Of a stretch of 64,000 nucleotides of DNA, positions 25,598 through 39,485 are shown piece after piece. Below the pieces are notes generated by a model. It searched no databases. It was not told the origin of the DNA and saw only the letters and a list, made by a program, of their open reading frames with translations. The stretch covers positions 75,206,001 through 75,270,000 of the forward strand of contig OX597824.1 in assembly GCA_951406725.2 (NCBI GenBank). The letters are read 5' to 3'. Both the position numbers and the translations under genes were made by a program. Positions within the stretch are counted from its first letter, which is position 1. Every line of letters starts with the position of its first letter. This stretch comes from Octopus vulgaris (taxonomy: Eukaryota).

Positions 25598-26399
25598 TGT
25601 GTTGTGTATATGTTTGTGTCCCCAGCATCACTTGAAAACTGATGCTGGTGTGTTTACGTCCCTGTAACTTAGCGGTTCGGCAAAAGAGACCAATAGAATA
25701 AGTACTAGGCTTACAAAGAATAAGTCCTGGGGTCAATCTGCTCGACTAAAGGCGGTGCTCCAGCATGGCCACAGTCAAATGACTGAAACAAGTAAAAGAG
25801 TAAAGAGTAAAGAAAAGACTGTTGGGGGCTGATGGAAGCACTAGCATAGCTAGAGGAGGACAGTGGGGGGGGGGGAGTCCACCCTGGGTGGCACTTTTAT
25901 GGGGGCAGCACCACTTTTGGATCTGCTGTAGGTAATATGTATTTTCTGTGGTGACCTGGGGTCAGCAAACTGATGGGTTGCCCTGGGTAGCAAACACTCT
26001 AGCTACACTAGTGGCTGGAAGAATACTTGAGGGTAACCTGCAGGTGAGAGTCATTTTAAACCTGTAACTCTCGATTTGGACCATATCTAAAACCTGGGGC
26101 TGCACCAAAAAAAGTAAAACAAAGTGAATTAGAGAAAAATTTATCATATTTATAGAGAGGACTGTAGGGGACTGCTGGAAGGATGCTTGAGGGCCGCACA
26201 GACCCCTGGGAGCTGCAGATGAGAACCATCTTAAACCAGTAGCTCACAACCATTTTAATATCTGGGTAAGGTTAAAAAAATGTACAAGTCAATTAAAGAA
26301 AAAAAAAATTATATTTATAGAGAGAAGACTGTTTGGGGGCCACCAGAAGAATACTTGAAGGCTGTATGCATCACTAGGCACTGCAGTTGAGAACCAATG
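25296..26399 (+). mobile_element. Three head-to-tail hAT-type MITE units (starting 25296, 26062, 26237)
   Basis: CAGTGGTTCT...GAGAACCA ends, a shared interior, and TTAAAC-containing spacers. Confidence 0.65.
25839..26013. mobile_element. Small hAT-type MITE nested in the first unit of the trimer
   Basis: TIR CACTAGCATAGCTAGAG/CTCTAGCTACACTAGTG; 8-bp TSD GATGGAAG/GCTGGAAG. Confidence 0.75.
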
Positions 26400-27425
26400 C
26401 CTGAAACTCACCCAGTATAAGGCCACCTCCCACTCACAAGATGGTGGAATGTCAGAGATTGTAGAAAGATAGCCTAAATACTAAATTTCATCTTGTCTCA
26501 TTCTAATGTAGTGCTTTTCAGTCTCTTAAAGGGCTGAGATACATTTTTGCTTCACTGAAAATATATCATATTTATTCATACTCTTTTACACTTTTACTTG
26601 TTTCAGTCATTTGACTGCGGCCATGCTGGAGCACCGCCTTTAATCGAGCAACTCGACCCCGGGACTTATTCTTATTGTAAGCCCAGTACTTCTTCTATCG
26701 GTCTCTTTTGCCGAACCGCTAAGTAACGGGGACATAAACACACCAGCATCGGTTGCCAAGCAATGCTAGAGGAACAAACACAGACACACAAACAAACATA
26801 CATACATATATATATATATACATATATACGACAGGCTTCTTTCAGTTTCCGTCTACCAAATCCACTCACAAGGCATTGGTCGGCCCGGGGCTATAGCAGA
26901 AGACACTTGCCCAAGATGCCATGCAGTGGGACTGAACCCGGAACCATGTGGTTGGTAAGCAAGCTACTTACCACACAGCCATTCCTGGTGTAATAATAAT
27001 TGCTTTGTTATATTTGAGGATGGTCATTTTCATTTTTTCCCTTACTGCCCGCCCACCAGAATAAAAAAAAAGTCATTCCCAAAATATGTTTCATCACACA
27101 ATTTCACATCAGGAATCTTGGAAAACAAATTCATAAATGTAATATATGCTTTATTTCATTAAAATATATAATTATGTGACACCCAAAATGTTCATGTCAA
27201 AACAGCTTTACAATTATGGGGCTAAACCAGAAAAGATTTTAAAACTTTACTAGTTTCGACTGTAAGTGCAAAGTTGTTGTCACATTTGAATTTGATTCTT
27301 GTTTCATTTAAGAGATGTAAGCATTTACAATGTACAGTATTTGATGACTTATAAGACACTATTTTTTTTTCTGAAATAATGTCTTGAAAAAGCATCACCA
27401 GATCCTATATGTGAAGTTACTTTGA

Positions 27426-27645
27426 CCCTTTAGTGTTTAAACCGACCGTATCAGGCCCAGAAATTCCACATGTTTTATATTCAAACTGGCAATATCTAGC
27501 CTCTCACACCTACCCTACAATGTCATTCTAAAAATAAACAATCACATCATTGAAACCTCAAAGCTCTAAGATAATGCATGATTAATTCAAAACAATTTGA
27601 GTGAAAAAGTATTACATTTAACAGAGTAATCTGAACACTAAAGGG
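27426..27645. mobile_element. piggyBac-type MITE of a different family (220 bp)
   Basis: TTGA|CCCTTTAGTGTTTA ... TGAACACTAAAGGG|TTAA. Confidence 0.75.
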
Positions 27646-30600
27646 TTAAATATTATATGCTCTCATGCACTAAAAATATTTTAGCTGAATATGTACTGCT
27701 GATATAGAGATGCATCTAATATGCCCATGCATCTTTTATGCCATCGAATATAATATTTTATACAGCAATTATAATAAATCTGGCTAAACATTCTCTTGTG
27801 GTAAGACGTTTGCTACCCATCCACGTGGTTCCAGGTTTAGTCCTACTGTGCGATACCTTGGGCCAGTGTCTTCTACTATAGCCCTGGACTGACAAAGCTT
27901 TGTGAGTGGATCTGATTGACAGAAACTGAAACAAGCCTAAGGAGGTGAGCTGGCAGAAATGTTAGCACGCCAGGCGAAATGCTTTGTGGTATTTCGTCTG
28001 CCACTGTTCTGAGTTCAAATTCCGCCGCGGTTGACTTTGTCATCCTTTTGGGGTCGATAAATTAAGTACCAGTTGTGCACTGGGGACGATGTAATTGACT
28101 TAATCTGTTTATCTGTCCTTGTTTGTCCCCTCTATGTTTAGCCCCTGGTGAGCAATAAAGAAATAAGAAACTGAAACAAGCCTATTGTCAATATACATGA
28201 GCATATCCATGTGTGTGTGAATGTGTTCATGCGAGTATGTGTGTGCGTGCATGTATGTGTGTCCCCTTGCAAGTGATTGTGTTAGTGTTTGACCCCTGCC
28301 ATCACTTGACAACCAGTGGATGTTGGTTTACATTCCATAACTTAGTAGTTTACCTAAAAAGACTGATAAAATAAGTACCAAGGTTAAAAAAAATAGGTAC
28401 TGGGGTCAATTTGTTTGACTGAACCTCTCAAGATGGGGCTGCATTATAATTGCTGTATTTTACACAGCAATTATAATAAATCTGGCTAAACAGTCTAAAA
28501 CATAATAAAACTAAAGAAAAGTTACTACCTATTATATATGAAAAATATATTTTTGTTTCCAAGATTTTATTGCCCTTAATTATGGGTATACATTATACAT
28601 GAATTCATATCATATATAAGCAAATATGATTCTATGTGGAGGAACATGACCTAATGGTTAGAGTAGCAGATGCACGGTCGAGGGATCGTGGGTTTGAATC
28701 TCAGACAGGGTGATGTGTGTATTTATGAGCGACACACCTAAGCTCCATGCGGCTCCGGCAGAAGGTAATAGCGAACTTCTGCTGACTCTTTCACCACAAC
28801 TTTCTCTCACTCTTTCCTCCTGCATCTTGCAGCTCACCTGCGACGGACTGGCGTCCCGTCCAGGTGGGGCACCTATATGCCAAGGAAACTGGGAAAACCG
28901 GCCATTATGAGCCAGGCATGGCTCAAGAAGGAACAAACAACAAACAAATATGATTCTCACTTTTATCAAAATACAACATTGTACATCCACAAAACAGAGT
29001 ATATTCAGGTTTGCATACGATAAATGAATAATCAGTGTTTAATTTAGACCTAGATGTGTTTTAGAAACGACAACTAATCTCAGAGGTGTAAAGGACTAAA
29101 ATGAAAACACAAAAATACCCTTAAAAAAAGAAAATTTGAACTCTATCGTTTTTTTTTTTAATGAGAGGTGTTTAGATGAAAAGTGGTTCCTTATATACAC
29201 AAATTGAAATATTTCCTGTGTAGAGCTGCAGGAAATATCGCAATGCGTTCCGACTGATGGACTAATTATAGCCAGAAATGAATAAACACTTGAAAATAAA
29301 TACATCACATGTGTTTATATATATATATATATATAATATATATATGTCCTATTTCTTGATATATGTGACCTACATTTCCAAGTGCCTGTTTTCCTTTTTT
29401 GGCTCTCATTATATAACATGTATGTATGTATGTGTATGTATATATATGTACGTATGTATGTATGTATGAATGTATGTATATACATATATCCATATTTATC
29501 TACTCACACACACACACACACAAAAACACACATATGTAGTTTGTATGTCTGTGTAGGTATATGTACATATTCACACACATACATAGAGAGAATGAGAAAG
29601 AAAAAGAGAAAGAGGCAGAATGAAAACGAGACAGAGAGAAAGAGAGAGAGAGAAAGTGAGAGTCTTCATTGTATAAATATGATAAATACAATGCAAAATT
29701 CAAGAATCCAAGAATATGTATATTTTTCTTACTTGGTTTTAGAGCTAAATAAATAATTCACAGGCCAAAAGTTTTGAGGATTATAAATACACAAGCACAC
29801 ACACACACACATGTACGCACACACACACGTACTGAAGTGTCTCTAACATCATCATCATCATCATCGTTATTGTCGTCATCGCCATCATGACCATCATTTA
29901 ACATCTTGTTTTTCATGCTTGTCATTGGTGGGTGGCACAGACGGAGTTTTTTTGAGATTGAGTTTCTGCGGCTGAATGCCCTTCCTATCACCAACCCTCA
30001 CCTGTTTCCAAGCAAAGTAATATTTCTCCACAACCAGACACGTTTTCAAGATCAAAGATCATTGGAAATGAAGGACACTGTCTGCATGACAGAGACATTC
30101 GTTTTACAAAGCATCACATGAAGTCAAAGCAAGGAGACAGAACCATTTGTATATGGGTGACATGGTTGTGCGGGTAACAAGTTTGCTTCCCATCCACATG
30201 GTTTCAGGTTCACTCCTACTGTGCGAAACATTGGGCAAGTGCCTTCTGCTATAGTCTTGATTTGATCAAAGGCTTGTGAGTGGAATATGGTACGCAGAAA
30301 CGCTGGTACATATGAACTTGTGTGCTTATGCTTTCTTTGATAAATAGAATGAATACATACATACATATATATATATATATATGTATAACACAAATAAGAA
30401 AATGGTGGAGAACAATAGGTGGTTCATCAACTTTTGGACATTAAAAATGTTAACTTATTTATTTATTAAACTGATAATTATAATAACATACATACATATA
30501 GCACATGTACACACACATATGTACGTATGTATTTACACACACACATTTAACCTAACACCATTCTCACCATCATCATTTTATGCCGGTTTGTACTACTGGT

Positions 30601-32993
30601 ATGAGTTGAGCATTGTCTATGGACTGAGAGTTAGAGGAAAAAATCTCACTCTAATGTCTCTGTTTTGGCACAGTTTCCATGGTTGGTGACCCTTCCTTAA
30701 TGATGCTAGTTACTTTTCAAGGTGAACTGTATGCTTTTATCAAGGCACCAGCATTAGTGAGGTTGCCTTGTAACTCAAGAGCCACCTCAATAGAGAAGAA
30801 TACCATGAGAGAGAAGGCAGGAGGCTTTATGTGAGGTGTTGAGAGGTTCAAATACGATGGAAGGAAACATGAATAGGCTTATTGTTGTGGAGGGAATTCA
30901 GGACTACTCTGCATTATATATAGGTGAGTAGGGTAGGTGGGCTGTTGCTAGTGGGGCTGGCATGGAATCACCAGCAATGGGAAGCAGTGACAGACCTGGT
31001 TGGCTGTATGCATGATGATGCCCCTGGCACCACTAACTCAGGAAGACCTCTGCCTCCATTAAGCAAAAGCATGAAGCAAGCAAGATCATCATTGTTTAAC
31101 GTCCGTTTTCCATGCTAGCATGGGTTGGATGGTTAAACTGGGGTCTGGGAAGCCAGAAGGCTGTGCCAGGCCCAGTCTGATCTGGCAGTGTTTCTACAGC
31201 TGGATGCCCTTCCTAATGCCAACCACTCCATGAGTGTAGTGGGTGCTTTTTACGTGCCACCTGCACAGGTGCCAGACGAGGCTGGCAAGCGGCCACGATC
31301 GGATGGTGCTTTTTACGTGCCACCGGCACGATGCCAGACGAGGCTGGCAATGGCCACAATCGGATGGAGCATTTTACATGCCACCGGCACGGAGGCCAGT
31401 CGGGGCGGCGCTGGCAATGGCCACGTTCGGACGGTTCTCTTACGTGCCATCAGTATTATATATATATATATAAAGTTAGTTAGTTATTATAGATATTATA
31501 TATTCAATACTTGTGCAGAATGAGTGTATGTGTGTGCTATCTTTGTGTGTGGGTATGTGTGAGAGTGAGTTTGGTTTCATGAAATATAGAATAATTAAAA
31601 GCCTAAAGAATAAGATGAATGCCCATGATAATGGCTTGCTCTGTATCGCAGTATTGCTATGATGCAGTATCACAGCTTTGCTGTATTACTGCACCTGCAC
31701 AATTATTACACCGAGTTAATCAATGTCTTGGAGATTTTCTTTAGAAGTCTGGTTGGAAGAGAAAAGAAATGGTGTTACTTGGTACATTTGGGTGTGAGAA
31801 TGAGAGAGAGACGGGGGGAGAGAGAGAGCATGGCAGTATGTGAGAGATTGAGTGTAGGAGATGAAAGAGAGAGAGAGAGAGAGAGGGAGAGAGAAAGAGA
31901 GAGAGGGGGAGATAAGAGAGTGAGAGAGAAGTACCTATGAGAGAGATGCAAAGTTTGTAGAAAGTGAGCGAGTATGTGAGGTGAGGGTGGAGAGAAGAAT
32001 GTGTTGTCTATATTTAGTGAGTGAAAGAATGAGATAGCTAGATAGATAGAGATGGGGGGAGGGGGAGGAGAAGATTAAGAACCAATGCCATAGGAGTCTA
32101 GAAACAAACAGCCTCACTTGCATGACAGTGATGCTTGTTTACAACCATCATGTGATGTTAAAGATAAGAGTACACACACAGCGTGTACTAGGGGTTTGTT
32201 TCATGCCATGAGCCCTTATGGGGGTTCTTTTATTTTTTATTTTATCATTTACTTGTTTCGGTCATTTGATTGCTGCCATGCTGAGGCACCACCTTGAAGG
32301 GTTTTAGTCAAACAAATCAACCCCAGAACTTATTATTCCTTTTTTATTTTTTAAGTCCAGTACTTATTCCTACACTCATTTGCTTAACTGTTAAGCTATG
32401 AGGATGTAAACACATCAACACCGGTTGTCAAGTAGTGGTAGTGGTAGTGGGGACAAACACAGACACAAAGACACTCACTCACACACACATGAAGGGCTTC
32501 TTTCAGTTTCTGTCCATCAAATCCACTCATAAGGCTTTGGTTGGCCTGAGGCTATAGTAGAAGACATTTGCCCATGGTGTCATGCTGTAGGACTGAACTC
32601 GGAACAGTGCGGTTGGGAAGCAAGCTTCTTACCACATAGCCCACACCTGCACCTCTCTAAAATTTAAAGGAGGCTGCCATGACCAAGATTCAAACCTGGG
32701 TTACCACAGCCACAATGTGAGGTCCTAACCAGAAGATGACCCCAAGTAATTTCGTGTCTTTTCATGTTTCGCAAGATATTTGGCAACTCCCTAGCGCAAT
32801 GAGAAAAGTACCCACTACACACTGTGAAGTGGTTGGCATTAGAAAAGACATCCTGCCATACAAGCTATCTCAAAGCTGACATGAAGCACAAAGTAGTCTT
32901 GTGGCCTACCTGATCCTGTCAAACTGTCCAACCCCTGTCAGTATAGAAAACAGATGCTAAATGATAATGATGAGGACGATGATGATATATGTA

Positions 32994-33512
32994 CCGTAAA
33001 TCCTCGAGTATCATCTGCATTTTTTTCCCAAAATTTAAAGGTCAAAATCCTTAGTGCGTACAATACACGAGGTTAAAAATGAAAAATATTTTCTGAGCAA
33101 TGTCCGAGTCTCTATTTGCTGTCCGGCAATGTTTATTCAGACGCATTTTGTGATGTCGGGCGCGAAAATACCTTAAGCTAAGCTTGAAAGCAATGAAGTC
33201 ATAAAAGAATCATCCATAACTTGCAGTAAGCAACATTTATTAAAATAAAAGTATTCAGAACACAGAATAACATGTAACAAAAGCAATTTGCAAACATATT
33301 TACATTCCCATATAACAGTTAAGAACATCACCATTATTGTATTATGCATGCGCAGAAGTGTTTGTTCGACTAGGTGCTGCTGGCTTAATTACACACGACT
33401 CAAGTTTGAGGAGTGCGTATTATACACAAGGTTTAGGTTTTTCAGAGGTACAGGCCCCAAAAAATCCCCTGTGTATTATACTCAAGGGCAGACTATACTC
33501 GAAGATTTACAG
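32994..33512. mobile_element. Tc1/pogo-type MITE
   Basis: TA|CCGTAAATCCTCGAGTATCATCTGC ... GCAGACTATACTCGAAGATTTACAG|TA. Confidence 0.8.
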
Positions 33513-33528
33513 TATATATGGTTGATTA

Positions 33529-33743
33529 CAAGTGGGTGCTGAAAATTTCCTGGCTTTGGGTAAAAGAAAATACAGTCAGATCAGTTATAATTTAACTGAA
33601 CATATTCCTCTCTTAGATTTACACACTTATTGCAACAGTCCTTCAGTTTTTCTAAGCCCTGTAAAAGAACTTGGGTGGTTGGGCTTCCAATCAGACCTCT
33701 CGCAGCACCCTTAAAGCCAGTGACTTTTCAGCACTCCCTCACA
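33529..33743. mobile_element. Mariner-type MITE; inverted second copy at about 59928-60534 split by a family B SINE
   Basis: TIR GGGTGCTGAAAATTTCCTGGCTTT / AAAGCCAGTGACTTTTCAGCACTC with TA flanks. Confidence 0.75.
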
Positions 33744-33751
33744 TATGTAAA

Positions 33752-33972
33752 TTCAGTACATGACTCATACATAATTGCCTGTTATCCAGGAGCGTAAATG
33801 ATAATGTCTACTTAGGTGTGATTTGAACTCAGAACATAAAGGGATGTAAATTAAAAAAGCATTTCAGTACATGGCTCATACATAATTGCCTTTTATCCCG
33901 AAGGGTAAAAGACAGTGTCTACTTAGGTGGGATTTGAACTCAGAACATAAAGGGACATAACTTAAAAAGCAT
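33752..33972. repeat. Two-copy direct repeat of about 111 bp, SINE-derived
   Basis: TTCAGTACATG(A/G)CTCATACATAATTGCC...GATTTGAACTCAGAACATAAAGGGA occurs twice in tandem. Confidence 0.75.
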
Positions 33973-36608
33973 AAGGCAGTTTGTTCACCAATCCACTGAC
34001 CTGACAGTGCTTCGTATAATATCAATATTTTATTTATTTTCAGTTTACTGTTATGACATGTTCAGACTTTCTCAGAATACATCAGATGTGACTGTGGGCC
34101 ATCGTGACACACAGACAGACAGTCAGGAATTCCATTGTTATTGGAAGCAAGGCAGAACATCCATTATTGGAATAATAAGAGAAATGGAATGGGGGTGGGG
34201 GGTGGCGGCTAATTGTCCATTTTTGTCATGGAATAATACAAACATAGCACTCATTTCAGCTTATTGTTGTGACATGTCTATCTCCTCCATCTCCTGCCCT
34301 CTCTTTCTGTCTGTATGTATGTGTATGAGTGCATGCAAGTGTGTGTGTATGTATGTGAGTGTGTGTGTGTGTGTGTGTGCATGTGTATGTATGTATGTAT
34401 GTATGTATGTATGTATGTATGTATGTATGTATGTATGTATGTATGTATGTATGTATGTATGTATTTTATATATATATATATATATATACATAATGTATGT
34501 ATGTATTGTATCTATGTATGTATATATGTAGTGTATGTGTATGAATATATGCATTGGATGTATGTATTGGATATATCATCATCATCATCATCCTCGTTTA
34601 ACGTCCGCTTTCCATGCTGGAATGGTTTGGATGGTTTGACTGAGGGCTGGCGAGTCAGAAGGCTGCACCAGGCTCCAATCTGATCTGGCAAATATATATA
34701 TTTATATATGTAATATATGCATTGTATGTATGTATGTATGTGTGTGTACAAACACACATACACGTATAAAACATGTATATCTCTGTAGCACTGAATCAAT
34801 CACACTATTGGATAATGTTACACACCACTGGTCACAATGCACTTCATTGCATTGTTCTAGCTTTCAAATGATTCCACTGCACTGGGTAGGTGCACGGGCA
34901 GGCAGGCCAACCCTCCCCATGAACAAAACACCAGTCCATCACAGGGTTATTTCATATACAGCTGAGTGAACTGGAGCAGCGTGAAATGAAATGTTTTGCT
35001 CAAGAACACAACACACCATCCAGGCCGGGAATTGAAACCACAATCTAGTGATTCTGACTGCATCACCCTAACCACTCAATCACATGTCCACACACACACA
35101 CATATAAAACACCTATAGATGTATGATAGCTTCAATCAGATTTTAAGTAATGTTATTACTTGATTGTTCTCTTAACCTTTTAGCACTTCGATTACACTGT
35201 CAAATGGGTACAGAATAAAGACCCCCTTCAGTCATGAATGACCATGGGATTGCATCTAGAAAGTTCCTCTCCAAGGCACAAGTTCAGGCTAGGTTCTTTA
35301 TGGCAGACCAGCAGTCATCCATGCATACCAGCTACTCCTCTCCATGCCGAGTGAAATGCTTAGCAGTATTTCGTCTGCCATTAAGTTCTGAGTTCAAATT
35401 CCGCTGAGGTCAACTTTGCCTTTGATCCTTTCAGGGTTTCGTCTGCCGTTAAGTTCTGAGTTCAAATTCCGCTGAGGTCAACTTTGCCTTTCATCCTTTC
35501 AGGGTCGATAAATTAAGTACCAGTTGTGCACTGAGGTCGATGTAATCAACTTAATCAGTTTGTCTGTCCTTGTTTGTCCCCTCTATGTTTAGCCCCTTGT
35601 GGGCAATAAAGAAATAAACTTGGAAAGCCACATATCACCTCTTCAGCAAGATACCTGTTCCTGTCCCTCTATCATACTTTAGTCTCTCAACGGCAAGCAC
35701 AAAATCACCTCCCTCAATAATACACACTTGCTCGGTTGAGGAGATACTGTTTTGCGAATTACTTGGTGACCTCTTTAGTGTTGGTGCCATGGAAAAAGCA
35801 TCCAGCATACTCTGTATAGTTTTGGTATTAGAAAAGACATCCAGCTGTGGAAACTATGCCAAAGCCATTGGACTTTGAGTCAGTCATCTGACTCATCAGC
35901 TTCAGTCAAACTGTCCATCTGATCGCCAAAACAATGGTGATGGCCATGATTCTTATAGGTCGTTATTCGGGTCATTTTTGTCTCGTTAAGGAAGCCAATC
36001 TACTGCATGTAACATTTCCAGTTCCCAGACATATCAACAATTCTGGAAATCCTGAAATCTGAAGACCAATGATAAACCAATATTAATGAAGATGTCTTAG
36101 AGTGCAAACTAATTAAAAATTTAAAAGTTGGAAGGAAGACTGTGCGTGTATATACACAGTCGGTGGGTATGTGGTGGCAGGCGTGAAGTGCGTAGGAATA
36201 TAGCTGCAATCTAGTTTGCCCTGCTTAAGGCAAATGGTCTTCCTCTGTGAGACAAGACATGTCTATAATAATCTGTCCTCATATGAAGACGGAATTGGTT
36301 CTAATTACTGCAAAAGAAGAAGACAGAAAAGAAGAAAAAGACAACAAAACATACACACACAGACACACACACACACGATAAAAAAAAAAGAAGAAAAATC
36401 AATAACTGTCAGACTGGATATACTAATGTAACTGAGTAGTAGAATGTACCATAGTGGCAACTATTGTAGTCTACTAGTTCATTAGCACCACAACTATAAC
36501 TACAACAATAACAGACACATCAGGTAGTAATAGTAAAAGTAACAGCAGTAGTAATGGTATTACTATTACTATTATTATTATTATCATTATTATTATTATT
36601 ATTATTAT

Positions 36609-36644
<36 letters not shown>

Positions 36645-37233
36645 CAGCAGCAGCAGGGGTGGTATTAGTTATAATTTAGTCGTAGTAATTAGATATTAAT
36701 GAAAGTAAAGGTTTTCCTTCGTTTTCATTTTATTTCTAAAAAAATTATCTATTTATATAATGAATTAGATATACATATACATACAAGCATACGTACATAC
36801 ATACATACATACATACACATACATACATATATATATATATAATGAAAACAACAGCAAAAGCAATATGGGACGTACCATATGTTACAACAATGTCCTTATC
36901 ACCCTATCAAGAGCTCGGCCCCTGTCTGTACAAAGTTTACGCACACACACACACACATACATACATACATAAAAGTACATGCATACATACACATACATAC
37001 ATAAATACAATAATGATAATAATCCTTTCTACTATGAGCACAAGGCCTGAAATTTTTGGTGGGGAAATTTTTGATTACATCCACCCGGGTGTTCAACAGG
37101 TACTTATTTTATTGACGCTGAAAGGATGAAAGGCAGAGTTGACCTCGGTGGAATTTGATCTCAGATCATGCAGATGGAACAAAGTTGCTAAGCATTTTGC
37201 CCAGTATGCTAACAACTCTGCCAGCTTGCCGCC

Positions 37234-37289
<56 letters not shown>

Positions 37290-37789
37290 CATCATCATCA
37301 TCATCATCGTTTAACGTCCGTTTTCCATGCTGGCATTGGTTGGATGGTTTGGCTGGGGACTGGCAAGCCAGGAGGCGGCACCAGGCTCCAATCTGATCCA
37401 GCAATGTTTCTACAGCTGGATGCCCTTCCTAATGCCAACCACTCCGAGAGTGTAGTGGGTGCTTTTTGGGTGACACTGGCACAGGATCCAGTCAGGCAGC
37501 ACTGGCATCGGCCATGTTTGGACGGTGCTTTTTACACGGTACTGGCACAGGAGCCAGTCGGTGTGGGGTAGGGTGGGGGGGGTGGCAGGCATCGACCATG
37601 TTCAGATGGTGCTTTTTACATGCCACCAGCACGTGAGCCGATCGGGTGACACTGGCAAAGACCCACGCATGCATGTATTTATTGTGTGCCACCAGCACGG
37701 GAGCCAGTCAGGCGGCACTGGCTTTGGCCACAACGACAATTTCCCTTTGATTTGATTTGATTTCGATTTTACTTGACTCAATGGGTCCC

Positions 37790-38785
37790 CTCAAGCATCG
37801 CATGTCAGCTGACAATTCAAAAGAACTTTTTAAATGGGCTGGTTCTATGGCTGTGATCTCACTTTCCTTGCCAGGTCTTCTCAATCACAGCATATCTCCA
37901 GAGGTCGCAGTCTTCTGTCATTGCCTCTCGGAAGCCCAACGTTCACAGGTCATGCTTCACCACCTCATCCCATGTCTTCCTGGGTCTCCCTCTACCATGG
38001 GCTCCTTCCACTGTTAGTGAGTGACACTTCTTCACACAGCTCTCCTCATCCATACGCATTACATGATGATACCAGTGCAGTCAGCTCTGTTGCACACCAC
38101 ATCTGATGCTTCTTATGTCCAACATTTCTCTCAGGGCACTTACACTATGCAGTGTGTATACACTGGCATTACACATCCAACGGATCATACCAGGTTAATT
38201 TCTTTCAAGCCTATGCATGTCCACAGCAGTCACGGCCCATATTTCACTGCTGTGTAGCATGGCAGTTTGCACACGTGCATCATACAATCTACCTTTCACT
38301 CTGAGTGAAAGGCCCTTTGTCACCTGTAGAGGTAGGAGCTTTCTGAACTTTGCCCAGGCTATTCTTATTCTAGTGGCAATGCTCTCCGAGCATCCACCCC
38401 TACTACTGACTTGGTCACCTAGGTAGTGGAAGCTATCAACTATTTCTAGTTTCTCCTCTTGGCATGTGATGGAATCAGTTCTCTGAGCAGCTCTGGTGTT
38501 TATTGCCCCTGTGCACCTGTCGCACACAAGAGCTATCTTCCTGATTAACCTTTCTTTGATGCTGCTGCACCTCTTATGCATCCATAGCTTACACTGGGTA
38601 CATCTTATAGAGTTTCTACCAATACCTTTTCTACAGATCGAGCTGGGCCACCCACCTGAAGGAGTTTGTGATGTGTTCACCTTCCTGCTCACAAGGACTT
38701 TGGTTTTTGCAACATTGACTCTAAGGCCCTTCGACACCTAGTTCTAGTAATGATTCCATGATGAGAGCAATGTCATCAGCATTAA
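37790..38785 (-). mobile_element. RTE-clade LINE fragment (post-RT region with a Cys-rich PHD-like insert)
   Basis: SKGLRVNVAKTKVL...SIRCTQCKLWMHKRCS...VDSFHYLGD...RIRIAWAKFRKLLP...KGRLYDARVQTAMLHSSEIW, with ADDIAL just upstream and stops or frameshifts on either side. Confidence 0.9.
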
Positions 38786-39485
38786 TCATTATTCCTTGCA
38801 GCTGTTTCAATTAATACTCGCTGCGTATATGTGCATACATTTGTAGGCGCGGGCATGGCTGTGTGGTTAAGGAGCTTGCTTCCTAGTTACATGGTTTCGG
38901 GTTCAGTCCCACTGTGTGGCACTTTGAGTAGGTGTCTCCACTATAGCCCCGAGCTGACCGGAGCTTTGTGATTGAATTCGGTAGGTGGAAGTTACTGCCG
39001 TGTGTGTATGTGTGCGTATAGCTGCTCAGTGCCTCTCCGAAAGAGAGAGAGAGGAGCATAAAACATCCAAGGGTATATTTTTTCCCATCCAAAGATATTA
39101 TGCTCAGGTCACATAAATTTAATATTTACTTAATATTTACTGAGTATTAACTGAAACAGCTGTAAAGGCTGATGATTAATTTGCTCTTAATAATAAATGA
39201 TTATTATCTTCCCAATCTCCATTTTCTGTTTTCTTCTTTTATATGAATATAAACTATATGCTTTTATATATACACCTATTATTTTAAGGAAATTAATTCC
39301 CCCAAAATACTAGGTATTGAACTAGTATTTCCTTGGATGAAATCATCCCTTCATGAGGTTAACACAACCTCTAATCGAATTTTATGTATACACACACATA
39401 CACACACACACAAGTGTTTTTTATTGCATGGCAATTACATTACTGAATGTGATAAATGGGTGAAGGTAAAAAGATGCTTTACCTT

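Noticed and set aside
36000-36307. Coding exon after the strong minus-strand acceptor at 36308
   Set aside because: Stops in all three frames within 30 nt and no clear donor; kept only as a possible non-coding exon.
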